A DNA stretch of 60,357 bases from positions 1-60,357 of the IMG/VR virus record IMGVR_UViG_3300035211_000039. One strand, written 5' to 3'. The notes below the pieces were generated by a model. It saw only the letters and a list, made by a program, of their open reading frames with translations. It made no database searches and was not told the DNA's origin. Both the position numbers and the translations under genes were made by a program. This document shows, in pieces, positions 45,201 through 53,772 of this stretch; position 1 is the stretch's first letter, and every line of letters begins with the position of its first letter. Origin of the DNA: a virus (taxonomy: Duplodnaviria; Caudoviricetes).

Positions 45201-47305
45201 GCAGGGGATTCTTTTTTTATCGGAATGATTTCATAATCACCATCCGTAAACGCTCCAAGCCGTTTATAAATCGCCGGGACTTGTTTTTTATTTACCCTGT
45301 TTGGGGTGTAGCTAATAATACCATCTATATCATCCGGGGCGTGTTTTATTAACTCCCGATACATCTGCTTGCCAAGCCCAAGACCCCTATGCTCTTTATC
45401 TATCTCTATTTCTGAAATTGATAAATATTTACCTATTTTACCATTTATCTTTTTAGTTTTCTCGTTTGTTTGAAGCGCACCAATCTTCCTCTTGTATGTT
45501 CTTCCTTTTACATCTTGGTCGGTCCACAGAACAACCCTATTGGCATTCCCGGGCTTGTTTACACTTATCCTATACCCGTCTTTGTCATACACGATTGCGT
45601 TTTCGTCATCATCATAATAAAGAGGCCCTGTTTCTTTCTTTGTTTTAGGGAATACGTATTGGTTACGATATTCGTTAATGAAATCATTTTTGGCTATTTT
45701 TGTAGCAGGAGCCTGCTCAACCGATTCGGTAAGCTGAACAGGCTCCGCGCCCTGCTCTGTGGTGGCAGGGGTGGGTTGAGCCTGCCCAGGCCCTGGGAAA
45801 CCTTGGGCAGGCTCTCCCGTCACTTCCCGAGGGAGGTTGCCCGCTGGTGGTTGCGGCTCGGGAGTGTAGGGCATCTGTATTGTTTTGGATGGAACAACAT
45901 CGAACCCGCCCTGTTCAGGGCTCTCTACAATTCCTGTTCTCCGTGTCGTCTCGTACCTTTGTCGAGTCTGGTCAACGGCTTGACCAGGCACTTCTCCGGT
46001 CTTTCTAAGCGCCTGAGCGTTGGGAACTCCGCGCTGACGGATGATCTCTCTCTCCATCGCATCCTGCTCCTGCGGAGTTTGTTTGGGGAACTCGAAAGCA
46101 TCCTGCTTGGTTTCGATATCGGATTTGTTTATCCTTCCGGATTCGAAATCGTTTACCGCGGCCTCGATCGATGGTCGATATTCATCAGGAACCTGATCAA
46201 GGCCTTCGAGAATGTTTTCGACCGTGTATTCGCCCTTAACGAGGTCATTTAGTGTCTTTTCGAGGATCTCGTCAACAACCGGCGCTTTGGTTTCTATTTC
46301 AGGTGATTCAATGGGTGGTTCTGCTGTCTCCTGCATTTGGGAAACAGCCCCGGCGCCACCGGCGGCAGCACCAAGCGGAGCTGCAACGGCTCCCTGATAA
46401 ATTCCTTCCTTGGTGGCCTCCGCAAATCCTTCTGTGAATTCGTCAAGAAGTTTGCCGAAATCCTTACCCTCACCCTGCGCCCAAATCCTTGCAGCAAGCT
46501 CAGGGTATTGCTGGGCCCACTCTGTCAAGAATTCTGTGCCGCCAGATTCGACCATGGCGCGTAACGCCTTTGAAGCGGTCTTTCCAGGCTTCCAGAACTT
46601 GAGAGCCTTTCCGATACCGAGCTGCTCCATGGGTGCTTGGGAGAACGCATTCGCAAGGGCGGCCTTCCATGCCCTTTCTGGATCGACGCCCTGTTTTTCG
46701 AGGTTATCAACTGTTTGGCCGGCTATCTGCGTTCCCATGAACATGCCACCGGCCACCGGCCCCCCGGCGAGCGAAACGCCAATTTGAGACGCAACCTGTG
46801 GCGTCATCCGAACAACATCGTAGACGTAGCCCTTAAAGCCTTCCGGTCTCTTGAATGTACCGTCCGGTTTGAGCCATTTCTCGTCAAGCTGACGGTAAAG
46901 AACATCTGTCGCGCCCTGCCTGCGGATCTCGTCAGCAAGATCCTTGTTGCCGGATGCCTCTATATTCCTTGCCTTGGCCTCATTGGCTGCATTAAGGAAG
47001 TTCAGTGACCCCCTGACAACATCCTTTCCGCCTTCAACCAGGGCGTTCATCGGTCGTATTCTGTTCGGATCGGTTGCAAGGCTTGTTTGCTGCTCCATCA
47101 TTCCGGGGATGGACGCGGCTGAAACTGATCTGTCGCTTACCGGGTTTGGCCTCACCGAACTGCGGTCATAGGCGGGTTGATCAAGACGAGCCGGCTCGGG
47201 CGTCTCTCCGTAAATATCACGACGAATAATGCTCGATATTTCTTCCTGATCCATATCATCAGGAAATTCTACGGTAAGACCTTTATCGGGTATGGATACG
47301 ATCAT
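39284..47305 (-). CDS. Large polyvalent ejection protein (GNAT-like, 2x ART-PolyVal-like, HExxH peptidase, LPD38-like); 2673 aa
   Basis: RGLGLGKQMY; two F..WF..S.V.D..G.PLVVYH.T..G.DGI..YIAF.PEQIKSA..N.G.F units; HELWH; VNFNRKG..LPLPWGY..N.DW.G..I; ATGA overlap at 47305. Confidence 0.85.
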   Translation of the reverse strand: MIVSIPDKGLTVEFPDDMDQEEISSIIRRDIYGETPEPARLDQPAYDRSSVRPNPVSDRSVSAASIPGMMEQQTSLATDPNRIRPMNALVEGGKDVVRGSLNFLNAANEAKARNIEASGNKDLADEIRRQGATDVLYRQLDEKWLKPDGTFKRPEGFKGYVYDVVRMTPQVASQIGVSLAGGPVAGGMFMGTQIAGQTVDNLEKQGVDPERAWKAALANAFSQAPMEQLGIGKALKFWKPGKTASKALRAMVESGGTEFLTEWAQQYPELAARIWAQGEGKDFGKLLDEFTEGFAEATKEGIYQGAVAAPLGAAAGGAGAVSQMQETAEPPIESPEIETKAPVVDEILEKTLNDLVKGEYTVENILEGLDQVPDEYRPSIEAAVNDFESGRINKSDIETKQDAFEFPKQTPQEQDAMEREIIRQRGVPNAQALRKTGEVPGQAVDQTRQRYETTRRTGIVESPEQGGFDVVPSKTIQMPYTPEPQPPAGNLPREVTGEPAQGFPGPGQAQPTPATTEQGAEPVQLTESVEQAPATKIAKNDFINEYRNQYVFPKTKKETGPLYYDDDENAIVYDKDGYRISVNKPGNANRVVLWTDQDVKGRTYKRKIGALQTNEKTKKINGKIGKYLSISEIEIDKEHRGLGLGKQMYRELIKHAPDDIDGIISYTPNRVNKKQVPAIYKRLGAFTDGDYEIIPIKKESPAPSIAATQFNESTPGNDLKFDGEQDRSAINKPPLYGFTPQSGPMRGRSFSVETPTSESVTAKFNEMVAKQSEFDKERPFRKRAPERKPIQESSVERTEAVGRTRPQETPGSAWIGDQRRPFINPRHIKRGKNKGKYYVQLTAGRDADGNIKPGKRRMVDEKDIVSWPEEAATKPATEKVESKEKQEDKLATEDKPDTNQNKNLSTKTEYKPVDTKSKNFKRWFKKSLVADSNGEPLVVYHATTHDIDAFNRDKANIENDMGAGFYFTNTEEDASVNYAGEGPDLTARIERRAEQLEYEISEDPESFGFEDIDEIDIEEEAKKIARSELSGGAPNIIPAYLSFQNPVIIGGRDETVFTYEYTRNEDDMVDFRNDAWEEIKEDQELEDSDRDDYSDEIEQRAEEIYDENGYDTEEVGTLVDFIESLKNAASYYDDSDPGMVVSDVMEAANYESITASELIDALKKSEGIVYAADYDNGGDMASSEIIRRAFEGAGFDGIIDNTVDVKFGSQRRVGKQMEGMNYDTVHYIAFKPEQIKSAISNTGEFSETDPRIRQSTKTEGPGITPRQVVKAFKSKGMDTEQVGNLVRVKTPSKYIYIDVAESVVDKNEVAIQMGYGRSAELGEKVAGSFENLDGMSLIKLKRSLADQGTLEHELWHFIKKAGVLKPLELRAIERAAGKDEEEQARWIESKLRDRAQNKGIVKRAIQSIADFIDALISVFHATQRSILRGAESGKFLKRESYLGEVVGEELSTRDQTESEAFKKWFGDSKVVDDDGAPLVVYHGTDRVFDRFDFEKTGDKTGASSAKSLGFFFSGKMVSNLFGGAQIYGRYSEGSNTVPAYLSIQNPMHISATDFQEYLFGENARNEKIDALVEDISEDYGDKLYIENDYPHYQSNKDGQLYPIEEEKLSDEAMEYLEELTDVLGQDIRDSELDWGLDKEGWRTLKQEAIELGHDGIVIDSEDYNPGQYNIIRAEELEEDNYIAFYPEQIKSATGNIGTFDPTNPDIRYSTKTPINPFLENFKNNINAIKEKKSDDPSLKESPEPETSKRIWDEFIYQAQDKFNYLNKAQMRAARKKGSDLPEYMDAYLAELRYHGMVGAEIDDSENDHVSPLIDLMSKNGIDSEMAGEYLVARHAKEANAQLKKMNITKDEVEQQRSELVDRLEKIKSDRANIRKAKPDKYPIDKRYKQTEKAMMATHAAIARLDNYTPVEDNTALSGMTDERADEILSEASMSKNARVLDEIGRRVDAITQAQRDLLRKSGLEKDETIDAWEAVYRHYVPLFREGKDASLPKKGRGFDTRGGQKRRAGSTREIDFGRILPQIVSQYQTTIVRSEKAKVGRAFLEFAKANEGPWKVDQVEYAPSFNSDGLVVYRPDPQDRLMDNVMAVRINGEEHHITFDEGDPEAMRIVSALKNLDAETNGILVKSLSKVTRWLAMVNTGLNPEFIITNFGRDIQTAIYNMNDSEAHDIKMKALKDVPAALKGIYQGRRKGIKDTEWGSWYERFRKAGGQTGWVESYSDINARRRSLERQIRRMKPDNFHTTLRGMKAVGDWVNDMNTVVENGIRLSVFKNLVEKGATEAKAARVAKELTVNFNRKGNMGPAINAWKLFYNASIQGTARVLMATKNQKVRRRFIYPTIAFAWALDAINRSVGGDDEDGEPYYDKIPDWVKDRKLIVMLPKQIGGGEGEYFSLPLPWGYNVLHVIGQTLGELTTKKNFKPVDGGLRLARATIDAFNPVGNDISFLQTLAPAPLIPIVQVVENKDWTGKRIHPENDIYNPKPMSELYWSSVREPSRDVARLLNQIGGGNEAKVGVEWLDISPESIDHVVDAVGGGMAKFFARSASAARKYSKGEDIESYEIPFVRQVFGKPGASTLSSDFYDNIDTVRVAERQYKHYEDDKEMIKKIIKDNKSELRLGELARDASKEVSELRRQRSELERRGETPKSSDRIRRIDNRIERIMRRFNKKFNARDK

Positions 47306-48042
47306 TTGGCCGGCACCAGTTTCATTTGTTTGCTGTCCCAAACGAGATTGACAGTCGGTTTCTGTGGAGTCTGAACCTGTTGTTCCTGAGGTTTGTTCAT
47401 CAGTTCGTCGATACCAAAAGCCTGCTGAAGGTGTTTTAGTTTCTGATCCTTCTCATCTTCATTCAGGAACTTGTCGAGGTTTTCGACGGCATTGTTGTAG
47501 AGCCTGATGCGCTCTCCAAGGTTCTTGTCTTTCTGATAGCGCTCATAGGCCTGCTTGCGGTCTATCCCATAAATTCTGGAAATAGCATCGACATCCTTTT
47601 CCATAGTTGACCGGTTATCCTTGGAGGTTGCTGCCCGTTGTGCGGTGATTTTCTCGTTGCTCCTTCGATTGAGCATGTTCTGCTTGGCCTTTCCATAGGC
47701 CTCGAATATTTTCGACCTGGGGGCTACTGTTCCAAGCAATTCCTTGGGGAGACCCTGAAGCAGCTTATGTTTCGTTTCCGGGCTCAGCTTTGATTCAGTG
47801 ATGGCGGTCTGAATGTCAACAGGTTCGGCGAGAAACTTCTGGCGCTTCTGCTGCTCCAGGGCAATCCTGTGTTGACCTGCCAGGGTTTGTCGATCAGCAT
47901 CGTCTTTGGCAGACTGAAGGTCGAGTACGGGCATTGCCTCATCGTGGCGATATTTATCGTTGGTTCCCTGTCTGAGCATGTCTGCCAAGCGGAATATGCT
48001 TCTTGATGTCATTCCGTAATCTGGTGTCAAGCCGCCTGCCAT
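47302..48042 (-). CDS. Putative ejection/internal virion protein
   Basis: Helical, Q/K-rich; position. Confidence 0.6.
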   Translation of the reverse strand: MAGGLTPDYGMTSRSIFRLADMLRQGTNDKYRHDEAMPVLDLQSAKDDADRQTLAGQHRIALEQQKRQKFLAEPVDIQTAITESKLSPETKHKLLQGLPKELLGTVAPRSKIFEAYGKAKQNMLNRRSNEKITAQRAATSKDNRSTMEKDVDAISRIYGIDRKQAYERYQKDKNLGERIRLYNNAVENLDKFLNEDEKDQKLKHLQQAFGIDELMNKPQEQQVQTPQKPTVNLVWDSKQMKLVPAK

Positions 48043-48054
48043 GGCAACCCCCTT

Positions 48055-49434
48055 CTATTCTTGTGGAATTTGCTCGTATAGTTCAGGAGCATACTCTTTT
48101 GTTAGTGCGATGCAATGATCAATATATAGATCAAGACCTTCATCAAGCATTTTGTCCTTCAAGTGGTTTACGACCGGAATAAGCATGCTCTTTTTGATCT
48201 CAGCGTAGAATGATTTTGTATCCTCTACGGAGGCCGTCATGATACGGACAAGCTCCTGGCCGTGCTTCATGTAGAACTTGGCTCTCGGAGACTCTTTTTC
48301 CAAGGCATATGCGTACATTCTGTTGAGAAGGGCAAGGTCTCTGCGGTCCATTCCAACGTGATTTGCGGTTGCTCCGCAAATGTAGGAGTCTTCACCGATG
48401 TCGGCAACTTCGTCAGTAATAGCGCCGATCGGGTTTATCAAGGCCTCTGAGGCCGCCTGCCAATCCTCATTGACGCCGTTTTTGCCAAGAATGCCGGAAA
48501 GGGTATCGCCAACAAACGTACCGGCAGGATCTATCCACTGGCTTACAAGGTCAGGGGTTCTGACGAAAGTTTTTTTCCAATCCTCGCTTCCGTTCTCGTT
48601 GTGAATCGCATTCCATATTGAGGCGTCCCACTTTTCGCCGGCAGATGGCTCGATATCGATAAGATCTCTCCAATATCCCTGCCATGGGTCATTCCCTACT
48701 CTAGGCTCATACGGTATGTCTCCCTCTCCGCTGAAATCAAAAGCCGTTGAGGTTGGTTGCCCCTCAAATGTCGTATCGGTGTTTTCACCAAGAAGGCTTT
48801 CTATCGCTATGCCAAGAGAAACCCAATCAAATCCGCTCATGTTGTCCAGGAATGATCCGGCAAGGTCTGCCCCACCGCCAGCGGCATCGGCCGCACCAGC
48901 TGCGTCGGCGGCGTCCAGTCCGGCCGTGAACTCTCCTCCGGAAGCCGCTCCACTGATATCAACAGCACCACCGCCACCACTGGCAATCGGCGCTATATCT
49001 GCCCCACCCTCTGCGTATATTAGGTCTGGAACTGCGGGGGCCGCATCTCCGATTCCGGATGTGATCTCGGCTCCCTCCATGGCCCCGCTAACTGCTGGGT
49101 CGGTTGACGGAAACAGAGACTTGTAAAGGTTACCAGCCCCTTCAACAAGAGAGCTGCCCGTATCTTTCACATAGGGGTATGTTTCAAGAGCCAATGACGC
49201 CCCAGCGGAAAGGTTGGACATATTTCCCTGGTCTGCCATGTCATCATTGTACTGTTGCTGAAGATCGATCTGCTCCTGAAACTGATCTTGTTGCTGTTTG
49301 AGCGCTTCTGCCTCAAGCTCTCTTTGCAAATTATTGAAATACGCCTGCTTAGCGATAGGTGCTTCTGCATCAACTATGTCAGCATAGCTGAATGTCGGCC
49401 GTCTACCTGTCAATGCTGAAAGTTGGGTATTCAT
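48055..49434 (-). CDS. Putative ejection protein with C-terminal CFI-box-like domain
   Basis: Q-rich helix, G/A-rich linker, SYICGAT..FY..HG.ELV. Confidence 0.6.
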   Translation of the reverse strand: MNTQLSALTGRRPTFSYADIVDAEAPIAKQAYFNNLQRELEAEALKQQQDQFQEQIDLQQQYNDDMADQGNMSNLSAGASLALETYPYVKDTGSSLVEGAGNLYKSLFPSTDPAVSGAMEGAEITSGIGDAAPAVPDLIYAEGGADIAPIASGGGGAVDISGAASGGEFTAGLDAADAAGAADAAGGGADLAGSFLDNMSGFDWVSLGIAIESLLGENTDTTFEGQPTSTAFDFSGEGDIPYEPRVGNDPWQGYWRDLIDIEPSAGEKWDASIWNAIHNENGSEDWKKTFVRTPDLVSQWIDPAGTFVGDTLSGILGKNGVNEDWQAASEALINPIGAITDEVADIGEDSYICGATANHVGMDRRDLALLNRMYAYALEKESPRAKFYMKHGQELVRIMTASVEDTKSFYAEIKKSMLIPVVNHLKDKMLDEGLDLYIDHCIALTKEYAPELYEQIPQE

Positions 49435-49445
49435 GGGTCCCCCTA

Positions 49446-49883
49446 TTATTGTAATGCGGATATGAAATCAGATATGAACATATCTGTTTCATAACCATAA
49501 CGCTTTGTGTTTTTTATCATTTCGTTTATTTTGTTTTGCCTTTGCAAAGATCTTTGGCGATTCTGGTAAGAGTTTACTGCTGACAAACCAAGTCCTGCTC
49601 CCGATATAATATTCGAAATGTCGGAAAGCTTTTTATTGGTGTTCAGGGTGTCCCTTTGCATCTGCATCGTTTTACCGAACTGATCCGCATTCTGGGAGAG
49701 CCTTTTCTTTTGCAGTGCCAAACCTCGGCCGGCATCCTCCATAGCCGTTCTGTCTGCCGCCTGTTGGGCGGCATGCCTTGCCAAAACTGGAGTCGTATCG
49801 ATCACGGCAGGACCGCTCTCTCTTGAACGGGATGCGTTGGCAAGTATCATGTCGTCTGTAAGCTTGGGCGTTCTTCTCAGCAT
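49446..49883 (-). CDS. Putative ejection protein
   Basis: A/Q-rich helical, GAGLGL segment. Confidence 0.55.
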   Translation of the reverse strand: MLRRTPKLTDDMILANASRSRESGPAVIDTTPVLARHAAQQAADRTAMEDAGRGLALQKKRLSQNADQFGKTMQMQRDTLNTNKKLSDISNIISGAGLGLSAVNSYQNRQRSLQRQNKINEMIKNTKRYGYETDMFISDFISALQ

Positions 49884-49885
49884 TT

Positions 49886-52800
49886 TCAGTCCTCCCTAAT
49901 CGCGTGTCCCTGGAATCCCCAATAAAGAAGGTTCCATTTTTCTGAAGATGTTGTCGCGCTGAAGTCTATCTGATGAGTATATCCATCAAGGGGTATATAC
50001 GTTCCTCCAGATGACGTATCTTCCCTGCTGTTTCTTGAAATATTTCCACCGCTATTGAGTGGCACGGTTATTGTTTTTGCGGAAACAGATCCGTTCGGAT
50101 AGGCGCTTATGGTAATATCGCGGTCTTCTGTTATCGACTCTGAAACGATCTTTACTTTTGATATATGGCTTACTCCCCATATTCCCATCTCGTCAATGAA
50201 CGGAGGGGAGAACTCTCCTGTCCTTACCTGCTGGGCAATGGCCGTGCCGTCCCACGTTGTTCCATTGTCGAGCCTAACCATGGTTCCGTCATTCAACAGA
50301 CCATAATTATAGACTCCTCCGTTGGCGTCCCTTACCGGGAATGTCGAAACCGGATAGGCTGCCGGCACTTTCTCATACCACTTTCCTATTTTATAATTAT
50401 AAACGAGCCAGGCGTTATTGACCGTTGAATCTCCGGATGGGAATAATAGGTTGTATTCATTGTTAATAGTATCAACATATGCGGTTGATTTATAAATATA
50501 ACTGTAATTGACGCACTCTGATTCTGACGGATCAAAATAGTTTTCTATGCCCTCTTTCCGGTGAACAGGAACTGTTCCTTCAAATATTACAGGACCTGCA
50601 GAATCGAGCCACATTAATGCGTTTCTCAGTATGCCGCCATCTTCTCCGACCGTCAGGTTTGTTTCTCTCATCGTCATTGGAGCTGGACAACCTATGTTAG
50701 AAGACACCTTTTTTTTTACAAAATAATCGTTGTATGAAATATAGGGTTGAGACCCAGACAAGAGGAACGTTTCGTTTGGTTTGCAAACTGCAAGGGATTG
50801 GATAATATTTGATCCGTACCTGTTGTGAAGCGTTCCGATTGCCGTAATTTTTTTATCATCTCCGATATAGATCGAAAGTTTTCCATCCCTGGAGGAGTCT
50901 ATTCCGTTAAACACCCATGGCGTGTCGGTCTGCGAGTAGTCGATCCTGTTTCCGTCTATCAAAAGTACCCTTCCGCCATATGATGCAACCGAGTCATACC
51001 CGGTTATGTTTTTCGGAGACGTTATGCCGCCGACATAATCGATAGTTGTTTCGTCTGGGTTTCCATCGCTCGTCAGCGTTCCGTTTATTGTGATTTTGTA
51101 AATATATCCCCTTACTCCGAAAATTTCTATTGGTTGCTCTGCGCGATATTCAGGCGGAGACCAACTAATAACGCCAGATTTTGCAAACGTGGAGTCATCG
51201 TCATCGTCGTATGTGCCATCGTAAAATTCTCCTACACTAACATATTCAGTACCGTTCCAATACTTTATGCTTGCTATCTGAACAGTTGCAGAATTAACAT
51301 TTTCTGATGTCATTGTGACGTTGATACCCATTATTTTTTCATCGAACATCATAAAAATGGCATCACCGGCGTCATCAAGGCCACCTATTTCTGCAGCGTA
51401 AACAGAATTTTTCGTGCTATCAACAGACTCGACGAAGAAGGTATAATCTTTGTAAACGGTATCCATTAAAACCATGAATTTCGTGCATTTTCTCTCGGAC
51501 CCGTTCCAAACATCTCCTATTGGCTGTATTGGTATTCCAACGTTGAGCTTATATATTCCGGCCGTACCGGAACTCAACAGAACGCGATACCAGTATAAAA
51601 CACTTCCGTTAATGTACCTTTGTTTCGCATAGTTGGAAAGATCCCATGAAACCGTTCCGTTTTGTGCGAACGATACGCCTCCGTTGGTTGTTCCGTCTGT
51701 GACTGTAAGGTCAGACCAAACAGATCCTGAAAGTTCAGATACGGTCAGAGAACTTGATGCGATGTTCGTGCTTGAAAAATACGGAGTAAAGCTGTTGATT
51801 CTGAGCGGCGAACCTATAAAAAAGTATGTCTGAGCAGCCTCTTGATCTGGTGTTGTCGGAACTGAAAAGTTACCAGCCCACCGAGAAGATCCCTTTGTGA
51901 TCCTCAACTCATCAATATAGCCATCCATATAGGAGGCCGTTTCTGATCCATATCCTATTGTGATAATAGAAGACAGATCTGGAAGAGCTCCTGCATAGGT
52001 GTCGGTTCCCACGGATGTTCCGTTTAGATAAAGCGTAAATGTATTGCCGCTCCTGGTAGCGGCAATGTGTTTCCATCCGGTGGTTGTTGTTTCATGGGAT
52101 ATGGATACATGCTCTGTCCCGGAAGACACGACTTCAAAACTTATGGTTGTGTTCGTTCCAACAGTTAGATAGATCCCATAATAATTATCTGAATCATCAT
52201 ACTGCTCGTAAAGGGCGACCTTGTCTCCACCGGTTGGAAACAGAGCCGGCCAATTCCTAAACCACAAATCTATTGCAAAATTGGAACTTCCCATATTCCA
52301 ATCAGCGCTATCGGCAGAACTCAAAGACGAATTCCCAACACTCCCAAGGCCATCAAACTCTGCAGATGTCGTTCCGAATTTCACAAAATCAGAGCTTGTA
52401 TTCACACCACCATTAGCGGATATTGTATGGCTGCTGCCGCTCGAATCCGTGAATGTACTGGCTTCATCAACGCCTTCCATGTGAAGCAAAAGAACAACGC
52501 TTGAAAATAGGTTGTCGACTTCTAACGCTTCTGATTCGATTTCGTTGGAAAGCTCAGATGAGTAATCGATAGCGTCATCTCCATCGCTATCTTCGCTCGT
52601 GAAAACGACTGCAGCGCGTATTTCATCTCCACCCCACACCAATGCGTTTTGGTCATCAACATAGAACATGGTCCCTGCGGGGCCATCTGTGAAATAACCT
52701 TCTGCGTCAGATACCTGGTAAAGGCTCGACACTGAAAAGTCACCCGTACCAGGTATGGCGGTTGTGTTCTCATAAAGATAGTAAGACCCTGAATTGTTTA

Positions 52801-53104
52801 CCTTTGCAACTACATGAGATTCGCCTTCCTTGTAAAAATGAAAACCGCTTACCGGGGTGTCTATCTGAGTGCTGTTAATTTCAGAATAGCCGTCAACGGT
52901 TTCAAGTCCCTGATCTTCATATCTGAGATTTTTGAGGGTTACATAATTTTTTGCGCCAACACTGAACGGGTTTACACTGGGCATCCATCGTCCGTCGAAC
53001 CTGAATGAGAATATCTGGTCTGCCTTGTCAAATCCCGAAAAAACAAAAAAGCCACCTAATGACAGAGCAATTGCAATGCAAATTATGAAAAGCTTTTTTA
53101 TCAT
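49886..53104 (-). CDS. Tail nozzle / DNA-stabilisation-like protein with LamG insertion and signal peptide
   Basis: Propeller-type motifs (NIGC.AP.T, WL...G...FEG, LVYNY..W); LamG VLLLHMEG..WKHIA..GYIDELRITKG; MIKK-hydrophobic N-terminus. Confidence 0.75.
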   Translation of the reverse strand: MIKKLFIICIAIALSLGGFFVFSGFDKADQIFSFRFDGRWMPSVNPFSVGAKNYVTLKNLRYEDQGLETVDGYSEINSTQIDTPVSGFHFYKEGESHVVAKVNNSGSYYLYENTTAIPGTGDFSVSSLYQVSDAEGYFTDGPAGTMFYVDDQNALVWGGDEIRAAVVFTSEDSDGDDAIDYSSELSNEIESEALEVDNLFSSVVLLLHMEGVDEASTFTDSSGSSHTISANGGVNTSSDFVKFGTTSAEFDGLGSVGNSSLSSADSADWNMGSSNFAIDLWFRNWPALFPTGGDKVALYEQYDDSDNYYGIYLTVGTNTTISFEVVSSGTEHVSISHETTTTGWKHIAATRSGNTFTLYLNGTSVGTDTYAGALPDLSSIITIGYGSETASYMDGYIDELRITKGSSRWAGNFSVPTTPDQEAAQTYFFIGSPLRINSFTPYFSSTNIASSSLTVSELSGSVWSDLTVTDGTTNGGVSFAQNGTVSWDLSNYAKQRYINGSVLYWYRVLLSSGTAGIYKLNVGIPIQPIGDVWNGSERKCTKFMVLMDTVYKDYTFFVESVDSTKNSVYAAEIGGLDDAGDAIFMMFDEKIMGINVTMTSENVNSATVQIASIKYWNGTEYVSVGEFYDGTYDDDDDSTFAKSGVISWSPPEYRAEQPIEIFGVRGYIYKITINGTLTSDGNPDETTIDYVGGITSPKNITGYDSVASYGGRVLLIDGNRIDYSQTDTPWVFNGIDSSRDGKLSIYIGDDKKITAIGTLHNRYGSNIIQSLAVCKPNETFLLSGSQPYISYNDYFVKKKVSSNIGCPAPMTMRETNLTVGEDGGILRNALMWLDSAGPVIFEGTVPVHRKEGIENYFDPSESECVNYSYIYKSTAYVDTINNEYNLLFPSGDSTVNNAWLVYNYKIGKWYEKVPAAYPVSTFPVRDANGGVYNYGLLNDGTMVRLDNGTTWDGTAIAQQVRTGEFSPPFIDEMGIWGVSHISKVKIVSESITEDRDITISAYPNGSVSAKTITVPLNSGGNISRNSREDTSSGGTYIPLDGYTHQIDFSATTSSEKWNLLYWGFQGHAIRED

Positions 53105-53772
53105 TTTGTTTTTTCCTGAAGATCCTGGCGGTAAAATCCAAGTTCTGAACTGTACTGGCTCATTACAGCTTGGTACATCTCAACATTTCTGTCTTTAAGG
53201 GCCATCCTGCCGAGCATGTAGAGCTTGAGAGCGGTCTCGTAAATAGACGGGATGGTGATAGCCGCATTGGACGCGATATCTACAGGCCTTTTGACAAGGT
53301 AAACGGTGCAGGTTTCTGTCGTAACAGATGAAAGTGCTGGATAAATGCCGACCTTGCCTTCGAATTCGTACCAGAACTGAGGACCATCGATATCCCCCTC
53401 GTCAGACTTAAGGCCGACCATGGATGGATCACCTTTTTTCAACCCATAAACGGCCCCGCCCGCGTCATTGTACTGAACCGCCAAAACCTCAATGAAAGCT
53501 GTCGAAAGTGTGTATTCGATCGTGTCGGCAATAAGGTTGACCGATTCTGTGTCCTCAAGGCAATGAGACTTGTTTACTAGGTCTACCATTCCCTCGTTGA
53601 GGTATTCGAGCATCTCGGCGGCCGAAAAGTTGTTCAGGGTGGCGTCACCATAGTCTGAGCGGACATCGGATATGATTGTCGATGCAAGGGTGGATGATGT
53701 CTGTTGTGATCCGGACATGGCCAGTGAAACAGACACGAAGATTGCCATTGCGGCAAAGAATATTTTTTTCAT
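53101..53772 (-). CDS. Head-tail adaptor-like protein 2, with signal peptide
   Basis: II.DVR..S..EML.YLNEG..IYP..VY..RP..IP..Y..AL..Y; ATGA overlap at 53772. Confidence 0.7.
   Translation of the reverse strand: MKKIFFAAMAIFVSVSLAMSGSQQTSSTLASTIISDVRSDYGDATLNNFSAAEMLEYLNEGMVDLVNKSHCLEDTESVNLIADTIEYTLSTAFIEVLAVQYNDAGGAVYGLKKGDPSMVGLKSDEGDIDGPQFWYEFEGKVGIYPALSSVTTETCTVYLVKRPVDIASNAAITIPSIYETALKLYMLGRMALKDRNVEMYQAVMSQYSSELGFYRQDLQEKTK

Noticed and set aside
39284-47305. Tape measure protein or virion RNA polymerase
   Set aside because: No tail tube genes, and no polymerase motif recognised; the domain content fits a polyvalent protein.
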